This document shows positions 8,534-14,899 of a stretch of DNA of 53,333 nucleotides, one piece after another. The position numbers were made by a program, and so were the translations under genes. Position 1 is the first letter of the stretch, and every line of letters begins with the position of its first letter. The notes below the pieces were generated by a model. The model saw nothing but the letters and a program-made list of their open reading frames with translations, made no database searches and was not told the origin of the DNA. The stretch comes from a bacterium (GTDB lineage Bacteria; Patescibacteriota; Minisyncoccia; Phycocordibacterales; UBA5272). The stretch spans positions 1-53,333 of the forward strand of contig JAYSUJ010000002.1 in NCBI GenBank assembly GCA_043719155.1, written 5' to 3'.

Positions 8534-8942
8534 TATCAAGTACCACAATTTATTTAGAATGATTGTAAATTTTGTTAGAGGCACAAGCAATTTCATTTCT
8601 TACTTTCGCTTGTGCTAGGGTTTATTGTCTTAAACTCGAGAAGTGCTGATTGTAGTTGTTTCTACAATTTTTTGGAACTCTCCGAACTCGAGAAGTTTCG
8701 CGCCTATGTAGTTGGCACGTGCGTTTGAAATTATCTGGTTTTTATTCACAACAGCATCTTCATCAGATTCTGCTTTAAAAAAAACCATTCTTTCGTTCCA
8801 ATGTGGCTGATCACTGTCGTCATAGTTCCGCGTCGCAACTTGGTACAAGACTAAGTAAGTTTTCACTTTGCCTACTCCTTTTTTTGCTACCCCCAAGAAA
8901 ATTTACAATTTTATTTTTCTAAACAAATTGCGATACTCGATA
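8534..8942 (-). other. Stem-enclosed mini-gene cassette 6 (arms 8534-8573 and 8898-8942; hairpin 8581-8615)
   Basis: tatcaagtaccacaatttatttagaa pairs with ttctaaacaaattgcgatactcgata. Confidence 0.85.
8630..8866 (-). CDS. Hypothetical cassette cargo protein (78 aa, FFKAESDEDA motif)
   Basis: AAGGAG SD before GTG at 8866; fills the loop of cassette 6. Confidence 0.72.
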   Translation of the reverse strand: MKTYLVLYQVATRNYDDSDQPHWNERMVFFKAESDEDAVVNKNQIISNARANYIGAKLLEFGEFQKIVETTTISTSRV

Positions 8943-8968
8943 TTTACTTTTTAATGTGCTATTTCAAT

Positions 8969-9592
8969 TTAGTTAGAAACTATTTCTATTACCCCACCTG
9001 GTATACCTGGCACCGCACCCTTTACGAGCATAGTTTTAGTAACTGGGTCTATTGCTAATACTTTTAAATTTCGTACTGTTATTCTTTCTGTACCCATTCT
9101 TCCGGCCATTTTCATGCCTTTGACTACACGTCCTCCGGCACGCCCACCTCCACCGATAGATCCAGGCTCACGAAGAGCGTGATGCACATTGTGGATAGGA
9201 CCTTTACCTTTGAAACCATGTCGTTTTACAACACCTTGAAAACCTTTACCTTTAGAAATACCAGAGATAGTTACCGTGTCACCTTTTGCAAATTGGTCAA
9301 CACCTAGCACTTGTCCAACTGTAAAGCCAGTGATTTCAGCATCTGCTTTCGCAGCTCTGAACTCCATAACTTTTTGGAAAAGTCCTGCATATTGTTTTAC
9401 TTGAGGCTTGTTTACACGATGTCCTTTTTGCACTCCGTACCCTACTACCAATGCTGGATAACCATGTTTGTTCTTGTCTTTTATCTCAAGAACCGTCATT
9501 TCAGCGAATGATAAAATAGTTACTGCATGTGCCTCTGCGTTTTCATCAAAGTATTGAGTCATTCCTGACTTTTTTGCGAGCATTACTTTCAT
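8969..9592 (-). CDS. rplC: 50S ribosomal protein L3
   Basis: KSGMTQ, GISKGKGFQGVVKRHGF, REPGSIG, KGMKMAGRMG, VKGAVPG. Confidence 0.98.
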   Translation of the reverse strand: MKVMLAKKSGMTQYFDENAEAHAVTILSFAEMTVLEIKDKNKHGYPALVVGYGVQKGHRVNKPQVKQYAGLFQKVMEFRAAKADAEITGFTVGQVLGVDQFAKGDTVTISGISKGKGFQGVVKRHGFKGKGPIHNVHHALREPGSIGGGGRAGGRVVKGMKMAGRMGTERITVRNLKVLAIDPVTKTMLVKGAVPGIPGGVIEIVSN

Positions 9593-9668
9593 ATTTTTTC
9601 TTTTAAGAGGAATCTTTTTTGCATTTGAGATTCATTAACATTAATTTATTAATTTTTAAATTACTTTC

Positions 9669-10041
9669 TATCAAGTATCACATTTTGTTTATAACTTTTT
9701 ATTACAAATTATATTCTTTAAGAAGTGGGAGAGGTTCGACTCTCCCGAAGGTGTTCAGACCGACACTAGCCACGGCCAGTAGTAGCGGTAAAAAAGCCAG
9801 GTGACCAATGCACACGCAGCTAGAAAGTCAAAGAACATGACATAGTAGCCAAGAATATAGCCATATGGCCCGGACTTGAAACCTGTTAACCGCTCAGCAA
9901 TTTTAAAAAATATACTGAGACGGATAACCACAAAGGCTCCGTAGACAAAAATGATCAAGTTCATTGTTGACTCCTATTTTCCTGTTTGGTTTGCCTTCTT
10001 AAAGAATACAATTTGTTGTAAACAAAATGTGATACTCGATA
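9669..10041 (-). other. Stem-enclosed mini-gene cassette 7 (arms 9669-9725 and 9995-10041; hairpin 9727-9746)
   Basis: tatcaagtatcacattttgttta...tattctttaagaag pairs with cttcttaaagaata...taaacaaaatgtgatactcgata. Confidence 0.87.
9755..9964 (-). CDS. Hypothetical two-TM membrane cassette cargo protein (69 aa)
   Basis: AGGAG SD; two hydrophobic stretches; fills the loop of cassette 7. Confidence 0.72.
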   Translation of the reverse strand: MNLIIFVYGAFVVIRLSIFFKIAERLTGFKSGPYGYILGYYVMFFDFLAACALVTWLFYRYYWPWLVSV

Positions 10042-10059
10042 TATTTAATTTGTAAAGAA

Positions 10060-10479
10060 CTACATCATCTTTACCTCCACATCTACCCCACTTGGAAGTG
10101 CTAAGTTTGTCAGAGCTTCGGTCAATTTTGCATTTGGGTTCACAATGTCCAACACTCTTTTGTGAGTCCTTATTTCAAATTGTTCTCTCGAGTTTTTATA
10201 CACGAAAGATGAACGAAGTACTGTATACTTGCGTATCTTTGTAGGCATAGGTACAGGACCGATAACTTTCGCTTCGTACTTTTCGGCAGTTTCCAAAATT
10301 TTCTTAACAGAAATGTCAAGAATTTTTGATTCAAATGCAGAAACTGCTATACGAAGTTTTGGTATACTGTCTACTTTTGCCATCTTCGATGATGACACAA
10401 CTTTTTTTACAGCTACTTTTTTAACAGTAGTAGTTTTTTTAGCCACAACTTTTTTTGTTTTTACTTCTGTTTCTGCCAT
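10060..10479 (-). CDS. rpsJ: 30S ribosomal protein S10 (NusE) with Lys-rich N-terminal extension
   Basis: GPVPMPT, YTVLRS, KNSREQFEIRTHKR, LPSGVDVE. Confidence 0.98.
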   Translation of the reverse strand: MAETEVKTKKVVAKKTTTVKKVAVKKVVSSSKMAKVDSIPKLRIAVSAFESKILDISVKKILETAEKYEAKVIGPVPMPTKIRKYTVLRSSFVYKNSREQFEIRTHKRVLDIVNPNAKLTEALTNLALPSGVDVEVKMM

Positions 10480-10500
10480 AATTTTTTGTTAATGAACATG

Positions 10501-10579
10501 TTACTCTTATCTACTTCTGGGATCACCACCAAACCAATATTATTGATCGGGGTGTGATCCCACAAGGGTTTATGAGTAA
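10501..10579 (-). other. Structured spacer between tuf and rpsJ (possible r-protein leader or processing hairpin)
   Basis: tgggatca...tgatccca and outer ttactc/gagtaa complementarity; no U-tract. Confidence 0.45.
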
Positions 10580-10583
10580 ATAA

Positions 10584-11777
10584 TTACTTAATTATTTTTG
10601 TAACAACACCAGCACCTACAGTTTTACCACCTTCACGAATAGCGAAACGAGTGTTCATTTCTAGTGCTACTGGCGCGATCAGTTTAACTGTAAACTTTGC
10701 ATTGTCTCCTGGCATCACCATTTGTACACCTTCTGCAAGAGAAATTTCTCCTGTAACGTCAGTTGTACGAATGTAGAATTGAGGTTTATAACCTGTCAAG
10801 AATGGAGTGTGACGACCACCTTCTTCTTTCTTTAATACGTAAACTTCAGCTTCGAACTCTGAGTGAGGAGTTACAGACCCTGGTTTAGCAAGTACTTGTC
10901 CACGAGTAATGTCTTCTTTCTTCAAACCACGAACCAGGATTCCAGCGTTGTCGCCAGCTTGCCCTTGGTTAAGAGATTTGTTGAACATTTCAATACCTGT
11001 AACAGTAGCTTTCAAAGTGTCTTTAAGACCTACAACTTCGATTTCTTCACCAACTTTTACTATACCTCTTTCGATTCTTCCTGTAACTACAGTTCCACGT
11101 CCTTCGATAGAGAAGATATCTTCTACTGGCATCAGGAATGGTTTGTCCATGTCACGTTCTGGGATCGGGAAATAGGTATCAAGAGCATTTGTAAGCTCTA
11201 GAACTTTCATTGCCCAAGGGTCAGTATTGTCTTTAGACTCAAGAGCCTTAAGACCTGATCCACGGATAACTGGAGCATTTTTGTCGAAACCGTTTTTCTC
11301 AAGTAGCTCTCGCAACTCTTCTTCAACGATGTCAAGCATTTCTACATCGTCCACCATATCACATTTGTTCATGAATATGATGATTTTTGGCACACCTACT
11401 TGTTTTGCAAGTAGAACGTGTTCACGAGTTTGTGGCATGGCACCATCAGTCGCAGCAACCACTAGGATAGCTCCGTCCATTTGGGCAGCACCAGTAATCA
11501 TGTTTTTGATATAGTCGGCGTGGCCTGGCGCGTCTACGTGTGCATAGTGTCTAGTTGGCGTCTCATACTCGTTGTGTGAGATGTTAATAGTAATACCACG
11601 CGCTTTTTCCTCAGGAGCCTTGTCAATACCGTCGATGCCAACAAGCTTTGCTGAAAACCCTGCGCCATTTCTAGCAAGGGTGTTTAGGATAGCTGCGGTT
11701 AAAGTAGTTTTTCCGTGGTCTACGTGTCCGATAGTTCCCACGTTCATGTGTGCTTTAGTTCGGTCAAATTCTGCCAT
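10584..11777 (-). CDS. tuf: Elongation factor Tu
   Basis: [47 protein letters not shown]. Confidence 0.99.
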   Translation of the reverse strand: MAEFDRTKAHMNVGTIGHVDHGKTTLTAAILNTLARNGAGFSAKLVGIDGIDKAPEEKARGITINISHNEYETPTRHYAHVDAPGHADYIKNMITGAAQMDGAILVVAATDGAMPQTREHVLLAKQVGVPKIIIFMNKCDMVDDVEMLDIVEEELRELLEKNGFDKNAPVIRGSGLKALESKDNTDPWAMKVLELTNALDTYFPIPERDMDKPFLMPVEDIFSIEGRGTVVTGRIERGIVKVGEEIEVVGLKDTLKATVTGIEMFNKSLNQGQAGDNAGILVRGLKKEDITRGQVLAKPGSVTPHSEFEAEVYVLKKEEGGRHTPFLTGYKPQFYIRTTDVTGEISLAEGVQMVMPGDNAKFTVKLIAPVALEMNTRFAIREGGKTVGAGVVTKIIK

Positions 11778-12045
11778 ATATTTAATCTATAAATTATTAT
11801 TGTTTTTAATTTACCAGTTGCTTTTTAAAGAAGCCACAAACTTTTTGTTCAATTCGTATTTTTAGTACATCTATTCGCCTAAAAATACCAGAGGAACTTT
11901 CCTGCAGAACAGGAAATTGTCTCATAAACACCTTCACTTTTTTTATTCTAGGTATTTTTTTACAAATACAAACAAAAATCGCTAAGAGCGTTAGCGACAA
12001 TAATAGCACAAAATACGCACAAAATCAAGCAATTTTCCACCAACT

Positions 12046-12285
12046 TTAACTTAAAAAGAGGTCATTCAACTCTTTGTATTTTTCAGTTATTTTGCAAGTC
12101 TCCTTGTAAATAGAGTTTAGGGTTCCAATAGAAATTTCAGCATGGTTTGGAACAGTTAGATGTTTTCCTTCAAACACAAACTTCATATGACTTCCTTTTT
12201 GACTGGTAAAAACAAATCCCACCTCTTCTAAAGCCTTGACTACTTCTTTCACTTTGTGAAGTCTAAATTTCTGAGGCATAAACAT
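12046..12285 (-). CDS. hicA: HicA-family mRNA interferase toxin
   Basis: VVKALEEVGF..SQKGSHMKF..TVPNH..ISIGTLNSI. Confidence 0.88.
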   Translation of the reverse strand: MFMPQKFRLHKVKEVVKALEEVGFVFTSQKGSHMKFVFEGKHLTVPNHAEISIGTLNSIYKETCKITEKYKELNDLFLS

Positions 12286-12472
12286 TGCTAGAGACCACCA
12301 CAGTATAGGGCGATTTTACAACTGATTCTTCAAAATGAAGAGCAACGGCTTCGTCTATATTTCGCATCAACTCATCCAAAGTTTTAGCCTGAGTTACAAT
12401 GCTTTCCTCTTGGGCATTAGCCACAAAATAGCCGTCTTCCCACTTGGTTACGAAAAAAGTTAATGTTTTCAT
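12263..12472 (-). CDS. hicB: HicB-like antitoxin (short, no DNA-binding domain)
   Basis: EDGYFVA..IVTQAKTLDELMRNIDEAVALHFE; overlaps hicA. Confidence 0.85.
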   Translation of the reverse strand: MKTLTFFVTKWEDGYFVANAQEESIVTQAKTLDELMRNIDEAVALHFEESVVKSPYTVVVSSNVYASEI

Positions 12473-12496
12473 ATTTATATTTTACCACGAAAAGTA

Positions 12497-14887
12497 CTAG
12501 TCAACAACGACGGTTCTAGAGGTTGTAGCTGTACTTGTGCCAAAAATAGCTGTGTAAGTCACCGTAAAAATAGCTGGGAAAGAGGCTGCAGAACCTATCG
12601 CAGCAGGTGTCAAAACGTTGAAAAAATCACTTGTTACAGCCACAGTGGTAGTTGCACTATTTGCATCTGTAAATATTGCTGCTGCCCCTGCGTCCACATA
12701 GTTTATAGTGGTGCTAGCGATATGTTCTGGGTTAGGTCCTAAAAGGGTTATAGAAAGTCCTGTACCCCACACAGCATTTGTTACTGATGTTGCTAGCACT
12801 ACACCTTGTCTAGACTCAAGATAGTTTACCTTTTGCTCTAAAATAGTCGTCCTACTTTCTAGACTTACTACTCTGTTTACTATATCACCGAAAATCTTAC
12901 CTACTCTTTCGTCCAACTCTTTTATAGCGTTTATATATATTGCCGACAAAGCCTGATAATTCACCTTAAGTTTACCTAAACCGTCTGGAATTATTACTTC
13001 AGGAAAAGCTTTTTGAACTTCCTGTGCGATGTACCCAATCTGGGTAGTTGTCCCATTTTCCTCATCTATCCAATTGAAATTAACAGTTCTAAACATTTTT
13101 ATTTTATCTAAAACATTTGTAACTGTTGCAATATTTTTCTTCAAAGTTTCATCAGAATAAAAACCGTAACAGCTTTGCAGAGAATCTTTAGTGACAACTC
13201 CTAAAGGACTCACACAAAGTATCCTATCGGCTCCTGTTGAAATAGCTAGGTTTGAAAAATTGGGTGCAACGAAATTTCCACTCACTAGAACATTACCTTG
13301 CACAGATAACACTTCACTAGGTGTAGTAGTTCCCCCTATTCCCACTTTGCCACTATTGGCTACAAAGATAGTAGACGTAGCTTCGGACAAGCTTGTTGTA
13401 CTGCCCCTAAAAGTAAAGCCATTTTGTAAACTAGCGGCTAGTGGGCCAGAGACGGACAGGTTTGTGAAAAAACCATTAGTTACTGTCGCATAGGAAAAAG
13501 TAGCGTTTGCAGCTATCAAATTTGCATTTAATGAGTTGGTGGTAGAGGCGTTTATGGCTTGAAAATTACCGGTATACCAGTTTGTTGACGTACCACTAGT
13601 AAAAGTGGCTAGACTGCTCTGGAGGTTGGTGTTATTTATATTTGTAGCTGTTAAATTGGTACCTGAAAAGTTGGTTGTGAAAAAATTAGTCGTGGTTGCA
13701 CTGGTTCCGGTCGCATTTGTAAACAGTAAGTTTGTTATGTAGGCTGTCAACAAGTTTGAAACGTTGGCAAACATGTTGGTTGAGGTAGCAGCTGTAAAAG
13801 TCGCAAGGCTCGCTAGTAAGTTTGTAAAGTTTCCTAGGGTTCCAAAAAAGCTGTTGGCGTTAGAGGTGCTGGCATTGCTAGTTGAGGCATAAAGTACAGG
13901 TGTGAAAAGTGAGGTAGTAGCGTTGACAACTTGGGCACTTAAATTGCCCCCAGAAAAGCCACCCCCTGCCCCTTGCAAATCTGTGGCACATTCAAAAAGT
14001 GCAGTTGTGCTGTTGTAAACAACTTTTTGAGCAGGTAAGTTACAACTAGAAAGTCCTGCTCCAGAGATTTTAGACAAGCTAGCATTGCCGGTTGGGTCTA
14101 CCGCAGTACCTGTGGTCGCCCCAAAGCCGTTGTACTGCCCGCCTGTAGCATACTGGGAAAGAAACTGGGTACTGCCGCCCCCACTTGCCCCGTCTCGCCC
14201 ATTTAGGCCGTCTTTTCCGTCTCGCCCCGCCGGGCCTGGGACAGCTTTTTCTATCACCTGATACACTATTTGTGGCCTAGATGTAGTGTTGGTTGGGGCA
14301 GCAGTGGGTGTAGGTACTGGCTTTTGCTGTTGCAGTACAACTTCTTTTATCGGTGCTACTGGTTTTACAGGTGTAACTATTTCGGTTTTTATGTTTTGTA
14401 TCACTTTTTCAGCAGGCTTTTCTGAAACAATAAATTTATTTGAGGGCTGCGCTACAGTTGGATTTATTTTTACGTCCAAGATAGCCTGAGTTTTGGACAA
14501 CTCTTTCGTTTTTATAGTAGGGTACAAAACATTTGTACCTGTGGCGAGCTGGTTATTGTCTCCAATTTCTTTATAGCCTACTATCTCGGCGGTAGAGTAG
14601 CTGCCACCTTTTTCAAATGTGTTTTTCTCTGTAAGAAAGCACCTTGCGCCTGTACTCACAGCTTTAAAACTACAATAGGTGTTGAGTTTTAGCACCTTTG
14701 CAAAAGACTGTTCGTCATAATATATTTTTTCTATCACTTCGCCACTTTTGTCTTTTAGGTAGGCGTAGGAAAGGGCCGACACTTGCGAAAGACTCGCAAG
14801 TGCAAACACCCCAAATAAGGTTACAGTTAGAATTTTTTTCTTACCATTCATACAACTCAGTATACTGTCACTTTTTTTATTTTGCAT
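12497..14887 (-). CDS. Secreted fibre-like protein: short collagen, NATxTN repeats, Peptidase_S74-type intramolecular chaperone, C-terminal Ig-like domain
   Basis: Signal peptide; GPAGRDGKDG; GKVGIG; SDETLKKNI..IGYIAQEVQ..VNY..AIKEL; ITLLGPNP..DAGA..VTYTA..SRTVVV. Confidence 0.8.
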   Translation of the reverse strand: MQNKKSDSILSCMNGKKKILTVTLFGVFALASLSQVSALSYAYLKDKSGEVIEKIYYDEQSFAKVLKLNTYCSFKAVSTGARCFLTEKNTFEKGGSYSTAEIVGYKEIGDNNQLATGTNVLYPTIKTKELSKTQAILDVKINPTVAQPSNKFIVSEKPAEKVIQNIKTEIVTPVKPVAPIKEVVLQQQKPVPTPTAAPTNTTSRPQIVYQVIEKAVPGPAGRDGKDGLNGRDGASGGGSTQFLSQYATGGQYNGFGATTGTAVDPTGNASLSKISGAGLSSCNLPAQKVVYNSTTALFECATDLQGAGGGFSGGNLSAQVVNATTSLFTPVLYASTSNASTSNANSFFGTLGNFTNLLASLATFTAATSTNMFANVSNLLTAYITNLLFTNATGTSATTTNFFTTNFSGTNLTATNINNTNLQSSLATFTSGTSTNWYTGNFQAINASTTNSLNANLIAANATFSYATVTNGFFTNLSVSGPLAASLQNGFTFRGSTTSLSEATSTIFVANSGKVGIGGTTTPSEVLSVQGNVLVSGNFVAPNFSNLAISTGADRILCVSPLGVVTKDSLQSCYGFYSDETLKKNIATVTNVLDKIKMFRTVNFNWIDEENGTTTQIGYIAQEVQKAFPEVIIPDGLGKLKVNYQALSAIYINAIKELDERVGKIFGDIVNRVVSLESRTTILEQKVNYLESRQGVVLATSVTNAVWGTGLSITLLGPNPEHIASTTINYVDAGAAAIFTDANSATTTVAVTSDFFNVLTPAAIGSAASFPAIFTVTYTAIFGTSTATTSRTVVVD

Positions 14888-14899
14888 AGGTTATCCACA

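Noticed and set aside
9727-9746. GGTTCGACTC resembling a tRNA T-loop
   Set aside because: No cloverleaf can be formed around it; it is the side hairpin of cassette 7.
1301-10041. Cassettes as IS elements/MITEs or group I/II introns
   Set aside because: No transposase, no target-site duplications seen, arms differ between copies, all are intergenic, and no intron core structure is visible.
11806-12009. 67-aa ORF upstream of tuf
   Set aside because: It begins within a likely extended -10 element (TGcTATTAT) and hairpin; more likely the tuf leader.
12497-14887. Prophage, suggested by the tail-fibre chaperone domain
   Set aside because: A signal peptide is present and there are no capsid, terminase, portal or integrase genes.
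14891-14899. Perfect DnaA box TTATCCACA (near-matches at about 34183 and 42290)
   Set aside because: Isolated boxes with no cluster and no dnaA/dnaN nearby; not enough for oriC.
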